Made by a program: the position numbers and the translations under genes
Notes under the pieces: generated by a model
What the model was told of the DNA's origin: nothing
Seen by the model: only the letters and a program-made list of their open reading frames with translations
Databases searched by the model: none
Source of the DNA: Eledone cirrhosa
Taxonomy: Eukaryota
DNA: 64,000 nt
NCBI GenBank assembly: GCA_964016885.1
Contig: OZ024743.1
Span: 42,470,001 to 42,534,000 of the forward strand
Reading direction: 5' to 3'
Part shown: positions 1-13,767 of the stretch, in pieces
How the letters are laid out: each line of letters starts with the position of its first letter
How positions within the stretch are numbered: the first letter of the stretch is position 1

Positions 1-3000
1 TTCAGCAGTCTGAAAGACAAGTCTTCATTTAAATTATTGATTAGTTCGATATATATAGTCGAAATAGTAAAGGTATTTAGTAACGATACAAGAATCATTC
101 ATTGCAATGATTTCATTCACTAAATAGTCTTTTATTGGTTGCTAATATTGCAAATTAATCTGATCCATTAGCCGTATATTTTCATTATACTGCTATAAGC
201 GGATTAATGTAACCTTTTCTGACCCACTTACTCAATTATATTCTCTATTAAGTCAAAGTGACCCAGAGTGGCTGATACGTTCTTCAACCTATTCAGAAGG
301 TTGGTTTGGCTGGAAAATGAATCTATTGATTATAATAGAGAACGTTATCTACAATGGCGTTAAGTCATTCATTATGCATTTACTTTGAATAAATAGCGAC
401 CGTTTTACCTTTGGAATAATGAAAGTATGATAGTTTCAGGAAATTAATTTCTCGACACTCATTAGCAGCAACAATTGACAAGTGTGAGTTATTTTCCCTT
501 GAAATACTAAGGTTAACAGATTGTTGTTGAAGCAATCATTTGCCGGGTCCTAAGAATAGAGAATTACTTCCAAATCATTTCCCAGTAAATACAGCCCATA
601 GAATTTCTTTAGAATTAACGGCAGGTTTCACCCTCAAATTGCTCAAACATTCCATGCAGAAACCTTTATGACGTAGACATTGTATGTATTAGCCTTTATA
701 TTGAAAATATTTAACAAGGAATTTATAAACTGGTATTGTTTAAATTAACTCAGGTTGAAACTATGTAAAGCTAATTATCTTAAGGGTTCTCTGGAGTGTA
801 ATTGGATACTCAGTAACCTTAAATTCATGAACAAATTCCACACGAAAGGGAGAATTCTAAAATGAGAGAAATACGTATAAATTACACATGATTTAGAACA
901 ATGTAGAATGGAGCGCATCTTGTGTTCAAAAGCAAAGGCATGTACAAATAATATAAAATCCCTTCAGCAAAACATAATCAACTCATGTATTAAAAGGTTA
1001 TTGCGAAGATATGAAATTCTGAATATTTGAAAATACAAACATTTTATGGATCAATTCTAGTGCATTACTAGATTATTTAATATCTAATTTAATATATTCA
1101 CTAATAATAGTGGTTATGGATACAGGGTTATTATAGACAGTTAGATACAAACAGTTGGCTTATGATGGGACCCTACCGTTAATTCAAATTATCCAGCTAA
1201 CTCTCGTTTACTGTCCACAGAGCAACAGTATATAAATAATGATATCAATTTTCAGCGACCAATTTAAATTAATTACTTTCAATATCCTACCTCTCCAGAT
1301 ATTATGAATAAAAAAAAGTAGTTTTTTTTACAAACATCTATAATTCGTTTTGTGCTTTCTTCATGCAGATATAAAGAAATTATTTTTATCCATATTCATA
1401 TTTCTATCTTTAGATCTATAAACATCTCTTCAAACAAATAAAATAATTCCTGTGTTTCATCCACATGCAGTTGTATTTCCTAAATGCAGTTTAAGATTTC
1501 TATATTCTTTCGTGATACCAGTACTTTAATTCAGTGCTATTTTCTTGTATAGGAATATGCATGGATCGTGGTTTTGCTCTCTATATGGTTATATATGACA
1601 TAAAAATTAAGCCAAACCCGAGACCATACTGATTAAACTATTCTACCATTAATTTTTCATTGTTGATAATATGTCAGTCGCAACCCTTGGTATGAGTGTT
1701 ACCAGTTTTTCAGTAATAGTACTCTCCATTTGAACAAGAAAACTGTGACGTATCACGTACTAATTGTATATATACGCCAGAATACAATTCACACATTTAG
1801 AAACATCTGATAATTGTTTCTTGGAAAGCATTATAACAAAAAATAATTTATAATCGCAAAAAACATTTGAAATGCTTTTAGAATCGACACAGATATATAT
1901 ATATGATTTTCATTGTTTAATGAGGAGATGATTAATTACCTGGCCAAATAAATTTATGGTTATTGCTCTCTAGACTGTTATGGACAACAGGCAATGTACA
2001 CAATTTAGAGTATGCGGTCATGCAAATCAGCTTATTCACATTAGATTGAATGGCATCTTTCTGTCCAAGCAAGGCCAGATAGATAAATAGTGACAGGGAA
2101 ATAAATAGACAGATGGAGTGCCAGAGAGAGAGAGAGTCAACAATGTGTTTGTTGATTATGTGAAAAAATTATATGCTTCGTTGTTTTTTCTGTTCTAAAT
2201 CAAGCCTGAACGAGCCATCCTTTGGTGGAATAGAGACCAGATATGGCCCTCTATTGTTTTTATGTACATGTTATCTAATGACTTGTGATTCAGTTTCTTA
2301 AGATGCTCTGGTGCAGTTTGTGAAAGATTTTGAATGCCCAATTTGTCGTTCGTTGAATCTAAATTTTATTTCTTTTATGCAGTTATGGTGTCTCCAGAAA
2401 ATCTAAAATCCATCGTGTGGGCGACTATTTATTTTGTAAAATAATTTGATTTACAAAGACGCACACTACTCCGCTTCCAATGAATATATTATTTATATTC
2501 CTCGTTTCCTGAAACAAATTAGAACATTATATTTGAAATTAGTATTACTTCGTTGCTTGCATTTCAGTAACCATAATATAGGGATTCAAACGATTTAGTC
2601 TTTCTCTTTTACATATATAGTAGTATATGACACGGTGATTATAGTTATAGTAAAAATAATTACCAATGTTTTGCAAGTATCAAAGATTTAATTAATAGTT
2701 GAAAATAAATTGTTCTTATTATAAATGAAATCATCCGTACATATTACACTATGTAGTTATATTCGGTCACTGTATGTTGGTATTTAGCAAGACATTGTAA
2801 ATCTAGTTGGAAACCTTATCTAATTATCTATCTGATTTTGACTTTCATTATGCGGGGGTAGTTGAATAGACAGGATAAATGTACAATAAAGCATAAACTG
2901 TATATATCGGTTCCCTTAAGGAATGCATCATTTTATTTCACCACCTGATGTTATCCTACCACCGAAAACATTCCCTTTTTTATGGCACTCCTGCCAGTGA

Positions 3001-3484
3001 AATTGTAATAGAATTTGCTGAATAAGAAGCAAAGCTGTAACTTATTTCCTCACTGAAACATGCAATATTTGTTTCTAAAAACATATCTTTCACAAAAGAG
3101 TTATGTAACGACAACCTGTTTTACGATACCTACATCAGTACGAAATCAAAATAGAAAGTCAAAGCACTTTTCTTTCCATACATTGTCTTTCGGCGGCAAC
3201 TCGTGGCAGAAGCACAACGGCTTTTCCGCGGAAAGGAGGGAATTCAACACACAATAAAGACATTATAAAGTATCCCGTCTGAATATTATACTGAATCTGC
3301 CGATCTACGTTCGCTGGGCTGGTACTGTATTTATCGGTCCTAAACAAATAAAAAGGAAAGTTGAACACAAAGGGACTTTAACTCAGAGCATTGATGACCT
3401 AGACATTTAATTTGGCGCTCTAGTGACGCTACCAATACACCACCTAAGCTAGTGATTTACTTTTCAGTTGTCAATTTAAATAAT

Positions 3485-3690
3485 TGTTTCTACGTTTGGC
3501 ACAAGGCCAGCAAATACCCAGTGCATTACTGGTACTTTATTTTATCGACCCCGTAAGGATTATTTTATTTTATCGACCCCGCAAAGTTAACCTGGGCGGG
3601 ATTTGAACTCAGATTGGAAAGGGCCGTAACTCTATGCATCAAAGGATGGCGTCCGACCCTCTACCGATACTGCCAATCCACTAACCTTTA
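3485..3690 (-). mobile_element. tRNA-derived SINE with Meta-type central domain
   Basis: Minus strand has A-box-like TGGCAGTATCGG, B-box GAGTTCAAATCC and body GGGTCGATAAAATAAAGTACCAG; flanked by a 19-bp direct repeat AGTTGTCAATTTAAATAAT (3466-3484, 3691-3709) consistent with a TSD. Confidence 0.85.
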
Positions 3691-4109
3691 AGTTGTCAAT
3701 TTAAATAATATTGGTACAAATTGAAGGGAATATTATCATGAAAGTGACTTATAGACAATGGAAATAAGCATGGTCACTAAATATTTTATTTTAAAAAGAA
3801 ATTAACATGGAAATCCCAAATAAATATACTGCCCATCTTCTCATATATTATACATTGAAAGTGTTTAATATATATTTCAGACTTGTGATGTCTAAACACT
3901 TTAATATATAAAAGGAAATTATACCGTCCTTATATATTTTGTTATCTAAATACTGTAATTTAAAGTAACGGATATTTGTTTTGATTTTGAAAATTATTCC
4001 GATTCAAAGTTCTACTGTTTTTCCCCGTGCCTCATATAGATATAAACACACACGTACGGGCGCACTACGACTATATAGTGGTACATATAAAACAAAACAA
4101 ACAGAGGGA

Positions 4110-4260
4110 TGCGAAAATACAAAGCCTTATTAAGATCACGCTTAGGATGAATTGGAGGAGGGTTTGGTGCTTCGAACGGAAATCACTTGTCATGAAATAG
4201 AGAGTTCGGTTTGGGAGAGAACAGGTAGGTCAATGAAGGTTTTGAAAAGGTTATTAAGGA
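4110..4260 (-). pseudogene. Possible decayed PLE N-terminal coding fragment
   Basis: With one frameshift and one stop it reads LSQTELSI..DK*FPFEAPNPP, resembling the PLE pre-RT motif LS..E..L.KG..F.P; weak. Confidence 0.3.
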
Positions 4261-4748
4261 GGCTGGGGCTTTTAGGAGAGTGGTCCAACATTTGGGAGTG
4301 GGGGACGAATTGCATGGTCCAGGTGTGTCATGGTTGTGGTTGTGTGTGTGCCGATGGGGTGAAATGGGTGTATGTGTTTTATTGCTTCTGTTTGTCTCTG
4401 TGTAAACGTGTGTATCTCAGAGCCTTATACTGTGCATATATGTGAGTTCTTTATTTTTTTATCATGTGTGTGTGTGAGTCTGTGTGTGTGTGTTTGTGTG
4501 TGCGTGTGTGGTTGTGCTTTCTTTCTATTGTTTCTATATATGTGAGTGTGTATTTTCACCTGTGTTTCGGATGTGTGGGTATGCGTTTCTCTACGCATGT
4601 GTTTGTAACTTTCGGTATTGTCTGCTGTGGAATTATTTTGTGTGCAGAGATGTGAGGGTACGTGTGTATATATGTATGTATGGGTATGTCTGTGAGAGAG
4701 GAAGTGTGTGTGATTTTGAATATCTACATGTACTCCGCTGGCCAATAG

Positions 4749-4896
<148 letters not shown>

Positions 4897-4909
4897 ATAT
4901 ATATATATA

Positions 4910-4989
<80 letters not shown>

Positions 4990-5042
4990 AATTAATAAAA
5001 TAATGAATAAACAAAGAAACAGTTCCTTATATTAAAAAAATT

Positions 5043-5182
5043 CATCATTTTACGATCGTTTCTAGGATATATATGTGTTAGAGTTGGTATGCATATTCTA
5101 TAGATCTATGTACAATATGTATACAAACTATCAGAGGGAATATACATACCTACACATATATATGCTGTCTTCAGAAATAATG
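5043..5182 (-). ncRNA. Type I hammerhead ribozyme with ~105-nt stem II domain
   Basis: Minus strand: stem I CATTATTT/AAATGATG, core CTGAAGA, stem II AGCATATATATGTGT...ACACATATATATCCT, GAAAC-GATC-GTA (palindromic stem III). Confidence 0.8.
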
Positions 5183-5566
5183 ATATTTGTTTATTGAAAA
5201 AACAAAGATTCAATACAATAGGTCTGTTTGGGAACAGGTTTTGAATTGACCAATAGAGAGATAGTGAGGGTCAAGGTAGTAATATAGTAGTAGAAGAACC
5301 TTAAATTATGGGTAGAGGAAGGTAGATTTCAGTTTTGGATGGAAAAGAATATTATGAATGAAGGATTATTTTAGGGAAGAAATAGGTCTTATGCTGAAAT
5401 AATTGTATTTGTTCATTGAATAAAACCAACAAAGATCTAATATATTCTGTTTGTTTGGTAAGAGGTTTAGAATTAACCAATAGAAAGTTAATAATTGGCC
5501 AAATGGTAAAATAGTAGTAATTGAAGCTTATTTTAGGGGTGAAAATAGGTCAGGTGGTCAGTAAAA

Positions 5567-5766
5567 NNNNNNNNNNNNNNNNNNNNNNNNNNNNNNNNNN
5601 NNNNNNNNNNNNNNNNNNNNNNNNNNNNNNNNNNNNNNNNNNNNNNNNNNNNNNNNNNNNNNNNNNNNNNNNNNNNNNNNNNNNNNNNNNNNNNNNNNNN
5701 NNNNNNNNNNNNNNNNNNNNNNNNNNNNNNNNNNNNNNNNNNNNNNNNNNNNNNNNNNNNNNNNNN
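5567..5766. other. Assembly gap (200 N)
   Basis: Run of N. Confidence 1.
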
Positions 5767-6440
5767 ATGTAATTAATACATACAGGGATACAAGTATAGT
5801 CCGTATGCCAGTGCGGTTCAATAGCAAGTTAATAAATTAACAAGCCAGAACATATAAAATCAAGGGAGTGTAAACACAGAAAATATCTTTAAAAATAATA
5901 AATAATTTAATCATTTATTATTACTTTTTAAGATATTTTCTGTGTTTACACTCCCTTGATTTTATATGTTCTGGCTTGTTAATTTATCTAACTTGCTATT
6001 GAACCGCACTGGCATACGGACTATACTTGTATCCCTGTATGTATTAATTACATATATGACACATACTTTTATTATTATTCCCCCCAATGATAGAGACACC
6101 TTCAGTGGTTCGTATAGCTGCTGTTTTTAGTAGCATTAGATTAACCTGTCCTACGTGCTTTACACATTGCACGCGTTCCTAACCATAACTGATTCATTCT
6201 GAGGCAGTTTTGTATGGCGCTAGTTTGTAATTTGAACTCGGGAATTTTATATTCTCCGAGAGAGAACAGCCTTCTGACGATGACCTCTTTATCAATGGAT
6301 ATCCACTTGGATTGTCTATATAAGTGGTATCTGAAACCGCAGTAAAGGCACATATAGTGAGTAAGGGAATATTTTGGAATTTAATTATTTAATATTATTT
6401 TTAAAGATATTTTCTGTGTTTACACTCCCTTGATTTTACA
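5767..6440 (+). mobile_element. Non-coding HHR-bearing element with 5' fold-back palindrome (5767-6052) and partial tandem repeat
   Basis: Near-perfect inverted repeat centred ~5910; AAGATATTTTCTGTGTTTACACTCCCTTGATTTTA recurs at ~5930 and ~6405; ends at (TA)n. Confidence 0.7.
6269..6349 (+). ncRNA. Type I hammerhead ribozyme
   Basis: Stem I GCCTT/AAGGC, CTGACGA, stem II containing CCACTT/AAGTGG, GAAAC-CGCA-GTA. Confidence 0.7.
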
Positions 6441-6656
6441 TTTATATATATATATATATGTATGTATGTGTGGGTGTATGTGAATTACGTACATATATAT
6501 CAATACCATTTGAGTTGATAATCTGTTGGATATAGAAGAAAATTCCGTTTTCAAAGACACCCATTATATATATTGATAAAACGTACAAATCTCAAACGTA
6601 ACAAAATAATTTTAAGGAAAACATACTCACACACACACACATACGCACACACACGC

Positions 6657-6722
<66 letters not shown>

Positions 6723-6876
6723 TTAAATGCATACATACTTACATGAAATAATACATACATACATACATAATGCTCACACATACACACAAACACGTATATG
6801 TATATATATATATATATACATACATACATGCATATACGCATACATAATGCACACACATGCACACACACAAACACGC

Positions 6877-6960
<84 letters not shown>

Positions 6961-8904
6961 TTAAATACATACATACATGCGTACCAACATACATACATAT
7001 ATGTATCCATATTTATAGAGATATAGAAGAGAAGAAATAAACAGGATTTCTGAAAGCTATTTTCATTACAAAACAGAACGCCTTACTGAAGTGTTCTGGT
7101 ATTTTGCTTCGGGCATATCTACAAACTTTATTTCGTAAAGGATATGACAACAATCATCTACCTAATGAATAGTGGGGGAAATTGTTTCTATAGAAATGAT
7201 TTCGCAGGCGTGTTGAAGGTATTCATGGTATTTGATCTACTAGTGAATTCTTATCCTTTCAGTTTTAATATTAACATCGATTGAACTTCTTGAGTAACGC
7301 AATTTATTTACTGTTTCTTTGAATGTACCAAATTATATAATTGTTTTCATTTCTCATGAGTTATGTTCAAAATAAATGCGGTAAAATTGTTCTGTTAAAG
7401 TTTGCTAGCTGCCCTCGTGAAGGTTACCCGTTATATTTATAAACAAGCAACAATGGTTAAGTATCAATGTAACAGTTTAAACATTAGAATAGGCTACGTA
7501 GCCGGTCCTGGCAAAATAGACAAATATTCTTGTTAAGCTTATTTTACCAGTCAAACCTAAAGGGAAACAACTCTAGCCGGGGGTCCCCGGAAGTTTATTT
7601 TATCGCTAAATAAATAGTGTTTTAGAACACAGGTAGTGACTAATATCTTCAACCTGGATCGTGTCATTCTGCTTTAACTTGTTTTTTAACAATTGATGGG
7701 GAAAAATATTCAATTGCCTTAACAATTCTCTTAACTGTGGCCACATCTCATGGTGTCTGACACTCTTGCCAGCAACCTCTCTTTCAACACACTATATATT
7801 TTCAGTAACAATATGCTATAACATGAGATATAATCACCACTACACCACTCTCTCAGACTGTTACCATCCAGTTTCTGGAATACACATCCTTTTTAATGAA
7901 AAAGATTATTGTTCTAGTATGAACGCAGTATGATGACTTAAACTTCATAAAATGTAATAATAATCGAATAAGGTTCCAATAAAATAGTTTTTGTCATTAA
8001 CTAGAGATTTTGTAAAATTAGTTACAATATATTCTAGTGTGTGTTATACTGTAAAACTTTCAAAACGAAACAAAAAAAACAAATATTTGAGTAATTACCT
8101 GAAATTAGACATAAAAAGTAACTTAAACCTCAATACGTTGAAAACCAATACACAGGAAAACAGATATTGTAACGATTTTAAAATAAAAACTATATGCCAA
8201 CTTATCAATGACGCCACTTTTACAGGGATCCTTGTTTATTTATCAGATAATGTGGCATTGATGCATATGTCGTTTGAGTTTAAATGATTTCGAATATATT
8301 TCGTATAAATTTCATTAGGTAACTAACGAAAATTAAGTATTTCGACTCACCAATTTCCATTTTTTAAAAATCGTGTGGTATAAAAATTTATCTTGAATAC
8401 CTAGTGTTAAATTTACGATCATTCGTACGAGTCGTACATTAGTAGGAAGCTATACAGTTAAATGATAACGTATTGTACATGGAAATTTATATTAGACGCT
8501 GGGCACAATATTTACGTGCGCCAGATTTTAACATTTAATACACCATAGTTAATAAAAATGTATTATGCATATCTTTATTATATTTTCATGAAACATTCAA
8601 AATCGTTTGAAATATTTAAATATCTTCAGGCCAGTGAATACATTTCGATATCAAAATAGAATTCATCATGCTTCAAAAAGTCTATACGACGATTTTCAAT
8701 ATAAATGCAGATAACATCCATTTGAAATTTTGATAAGAGGAAAAAATGTATTTCAGCGAAAAGCAGTTTTAAAATCATATTTGACACCACCCCATATATA
8801 TATATATATATATATGGAGTGGTGTACCTATAAATATGCGCGGGATTGTTTGTATGTATGAGTGTGAGTACCACGTGTGCTACAATTGAGATTGTAGCTC
8901 AGGT

Positions 8905-8974
<70 letters not shown>

Positions 8975-9749
8975 TCCAGGGAGTATATATATATATATAG
9001 ATATATAGATATAGATATATACATGTGTATCACTCATGTATACATACATACGCATTCATATATATACATGTGTATCGCTCTCCCTCTCTCATTCCCTCTT
9101 TTTCTCGCTCGCTCTCTATATATATAATTTATACTCTATTAATAAAAACTTACTATACTTTCTGAAAATAAATGAAAATAAATCTGCTGAAAATATTATT
9201 TAAATCAATGTATCAGCACTCGCACATTTTTATCAGTCAACAAGCTTGGAAAATGATAGACATCTATCCGGTAATTGCCATTTTGCTATGTCATTCAACA
9301 ATATTTCCTCATATTTTAGTATTCATTGAATGCCGGTAACATATGATGCACAATATATATCACATATCTGAGAGAAGAAATGGGTTAGCTATAACCATAT
9401 TGAATATAGCAAAACAAAAATAATAATAACAACATTGAGAACATTTAATTCTGCTAGAGAATATGTTGCAGATGGTGGGTAGTGATACAGTCAGTGGATA
9501 TGACGGTTAGTTGTGGTATAATCTGGCTCCTACAGGATGAATATGCAATCCTGAAATCACAGCAATAAACTGCTAGGGGAAATGGAACAATGGGTGACAC
9601 CCTTAGCTCCCAAGATAACTTAAATAACACAGTGATGTAGCGAAAATGAGGCGCGTAAAGGCCTCTAAAAAGGGAATAGTCTTTACGAGTCTGAGATAAG
9701 TACAAAATTGTTGACTGGCAAGAATACAACCACCAGAAATTATCAATAT

Positions 9750-11400
9750 GTTTAGATGCAATTGATGCATTTACATCGCATTTTCATTCGTACTGGGCAG
9801 CAAGGGACGCGTTCAGGTTTATGTAGAGGTGCCTGTTCGATAAATATATTGGAGTCTCCATCCAGCTTCATGGGGATTGCTGAGAGATATGCGACCTCTC
9901 CTGGAAGACTCGAGATGGACAAACAATGCTTGCGTATCTCGAGACTCCAAAGAGGGTCTAGAAAAGAACACATGCTATCAGTTTGCAACTGGAACGTTAC
10001 AATGATTGCAGATAAGGAGCAGTAAATAGTGGAAAAGGTGATGTGCTACTCGCGGGATGTAATCAGGGTTTCCATAACAAAATTCTGTGGATCTGCTACA
10101 GTAGAATTGGGTGAGGATGGAAATTCTACTATACATAAGTGGTTTCAGAATGGACAGAACGGAAGGGAGTGAGGGCACCCACATATCCTTGGCGGTCGGA
10201 GCATGTTATGGAATAGATCCAATTTGTAACTTCAAGGTTAGGCTCAAAGAAAGGTCTCTGTCCTTGGTTCAAGTTTATCTGTCAATAAAAATTGCTGAAT
10301 GCAGAACCTTCATCAAAGAAGTCAGTGCAGCGTTAATTGTATTTAAAGCTGAGTCATATTCCCTAATGACAGATTTCAAGGTATATGGTGGTACTGATCA
10401 CCTAACATGAGCGGCCATGCTAGACTGCCTTTCTTGTAATGGGCTCTCTATTATTAACATTTTCCATTACAAAGATATCCATAAATACACATGGTATATG
10501 GAAAGTCAGCGATAGAAATATGTAACTGATTCAGTTATTGTTATTGATATCTTCGATTCTGTACTGAATCTTCATGTTAAGGGAAGGCCTGAGCCAAGAA
10601 GCCCCACAGAATAGGTCCAACTTTACCCGCGTGATAACGTAAAATTTCTTAGGGGTTAAGGAGATTAGGAACAGGTATGCGATACTATTGCATCTAAATT
10701 CAGAGAATTCTCTAAGCTATCTGAGGGCTTTGAAACGGTGTGGAAACTGGTCAGATCGGCGATTTCTACTTCAGCTGTTATATGCTGAAGGCGAAAGCGA
10801 CGTGGAATGGAGCCAGATGGCAAAATGGTTAAACCAGGAGTTTAAAGATGCCATCCGATCTTGGGGCACACGGGGAAATCGCAGCATAGACAGTAAAGGT
10901 TTCCAATGTGAAGACATGGGAATTCTTAGGTTTTAAGCTGCAATCAAAATTTAAATCAGCAAATGGGATATTTTGGGAGAGCATCCACTAACTTCCTAAT
11001 AAGAAGTCTCCCTCCCCACCTGCTATCGCGACCTCACTTGTGATTCTTCTCTCTTCATAGAGGTACATCTCCTAAACCCGCTCAAAACATTATCTTGCGA
11101 TATACATCAAGAAGCGATAGCTAACCACTCGCAGGTTAGCTATCACTAAAGCATTCAAAGAGCATAAATGTGTCAAGAAGGTATTCTCTGTTTGACCCGT
11201 GTGTGTTGGGTGGCCTGGATCTCCGGAACGGCACCGAAAGGTGATCTTTGACATGCAATTAGAAGGTTTGCTGAAGATTCCTGGATGGATGGAATAAAAA
11301 TCAGTGCTCCGAACATTGAGTACTCGTCTTCGCAATGAATAATGTGCAGTGAACTCTACATGTCAGGAGTTCCACTGAAGCAGATAAAATCCAATTATCT
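9750..11400 (+). mobile_element. Degenerate RTE-clade LINE fragment (AP endonuclease region)
   Basis: Broken translation gives LSVCNWNVT..DKEQ, LSLVQVY, LMTDF, NGLSIINIFHYKDIHKYTWY, typical APE motifs; many stops; boundaries approximate. Confidence 0.65.
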
Positions 11401-11815
11401 CCGGGCCGTTTTCACGAGTGGTTGAAGGTAAAAGGTTGAATTAAGTTAGAATAGTAATGCACCAGCTTCAGCACATAATCTCTACAATAATATATATGAG
11501 TACGCACATATATATATAGACCTGTTATATAGATATTACGCCTTAGATGCAACATCGTGAAAGAAGTACATTTTGTGTTTGAATATATTGCCTTCTCCTC
11601 CATTTATTCTTGCTTATACCTGCTCTGCTTACATTCTGCGCTTAGCTCTCATTAAATATTGACCTCACTATAATATTTAACATTGCATCTCTAAGCACTG
11701 AGCACACTTCGCTTCTGCTATTAACATCTAATATATTATATCATAGTTCTTCCGCTTCTACTCTTATTTATGATATATGTATTTTCTTTATATATATAAT
11801 ATATATATATATATA

Positions 11816-12835
11816 TAATTGGAGGCTTAGTAAAATCGAATCTGTGGCGGTGTGCAAGCAAATTCGACCTACGAGTTGAATGACTTAGCAAAGCACTCAA
11901 CAAGGTAGGTCCTTAGAGTAATAACATACGTTTAAATAGCTTGACAAATTGAACATTGTGGTAGGCAAAATCTAGCACACAATACCAAAGTAACGAAAGA
12001 ACTAACAGGTTGAAAAAATACACCTTGACAAATCAAACATTATACGTTTAAAGTGTTTCTATGAATTCGAAATCAAATATCAGACTTACGTAACTGGCAA
12101 GCTCATGGTATTCATTATCGAAAAGAGGACTCATTTTATCAACAGGAGTTTCGTTCTACCAAAGAACGGGGCAAAACACTGAATCGTGCCATAACAGCAG
12201 CGATTCGAACATTTAGTTGTCACGTGTTATTTCCAACAGGGGAAATAACCCCCGGTTTTATATTATAATTTCCGCTAAGATTCAGAATAAGCTCTCAACC
12301 AGATGTTATTAAACACACACAAATAATTAACCAACCAACAGAATTATCTAATTAAATTAATTAGTTAATTATTAAATCTAGGAGAAAATTATATAATTGG
12401 AGGGTTAGTAAAATCGAAACTTTGGCGGTGTGCAAGCAAATTCGACCTACGATATGAATTAGTTAGCAAAGCACTCGACAAGGTAGGTCCTTAGCGTAAT
12501 AACATACGTTTATATAGCTTTACAAATTGAACATTGTGGTAGGCAAAATCTAACACACAATACCAAAGTAACGATAGAACTAAGAGGTTGAAAAATACAC
12601 CGGGACAAATCAAACATTATACGTTTAAAGTGTTTCTAAGAAATCCGAAATCAAATATCAGACTTACGTAACTGGCAAGCTCGTGGTATTCATTATCGAA
12701 CACAGGACTCATTTCATCAACAGGAATTTCGTTCTACCAAAGAACGGGGCGAAACGCTGAATGGCCCCGCTAACAGCAGCGATTCGAACATTTAGTTGTC
12801 ACGTGCTATTTCCAACAAGGGAAATACCCCAGGTT
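11816..12835. repeat. Tandem ~578-bp unit (about 1.8 copies) flanked by (TA)n
   Basis: AATTGGAGG.TTAGTAAAATCGAA starts at ~11817 and ~12395; copies are highly similar. Confidence 0.9.
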
Positions 12836-12985
<150 letters not shown>

Positions 12986-13104
12986 ATAACAAAGAAATTA
13001 TCGTAAGATACCAGGTGGACTATAACGCACCAGATTACTCGACACTTGGTAGAGTGAAAAAAGTCAGGACTGACTCTCCTCATATATATATATATGTGCG
13101 TGTC

Positions 13105-13678
13105 TGAGCGCTTGCCACCATTATTTCTGATTTTTTAGTTTCGTTTCGCCTTTTCGACCCGCCGAAATGCGATTCTCGCTAAATCCATATTTGTATTAAT
13201 CTCCGGAATCTTACAATTAATTTGTTAATAATTTTCTTGACAGGTTAATTGCATAAATTTATTTAAAAACTACCCGGTTGAGAGCTTATTCGATTTGTGC
13301 TATATATGCAATTTTTTGCATGGTATACACATACTGAATTCATTTGCCAAAATCTGAGGTTTTTCCCTTGTGAATATTCCACATGTGCTTTTGAGCGGCT
13401 CTGTTAGGTGTCATCGAACCCCTGCATTTGGATTTTAACATCAATTCCAATGGGTCCAGGTCTGTGTTTTTTATCATTTATTTTGTTTTGACCTGTTTAG
13501 CTTGATTTGCTTTTTGACTTAGGTGGTTGATGCTTTCTTGACCACTATTTCTGTTTTGTATGGCGTCTTAACATATTGTTTAGCTCTGGTTTTTTAACTT
13601 TGGAGCGCTTGCCAGCATTATTTCTGATTTTTGTGTTTCAAAATTTACCCGCCGAAATGCGATTCTCGCTAAATCTAT

Positions 13679-13680
<2 letters not shown>
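13105..13680. repeat. Related ~500-bp partial tandem unit, inverted relative to 11.8-12.8 kb
   Basis: GAGCGCTTGCCA...CCCGCCGAAATGCGATTCTCGCTAAATC occurs at ~13106 and ~13604; shares AATAAGCTCTCAACC and CTGGCAAGC (reverse complement) with the 12-kb unit. Confidence 0.75.
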
Positions 13681-13767
<87 letters not shown>

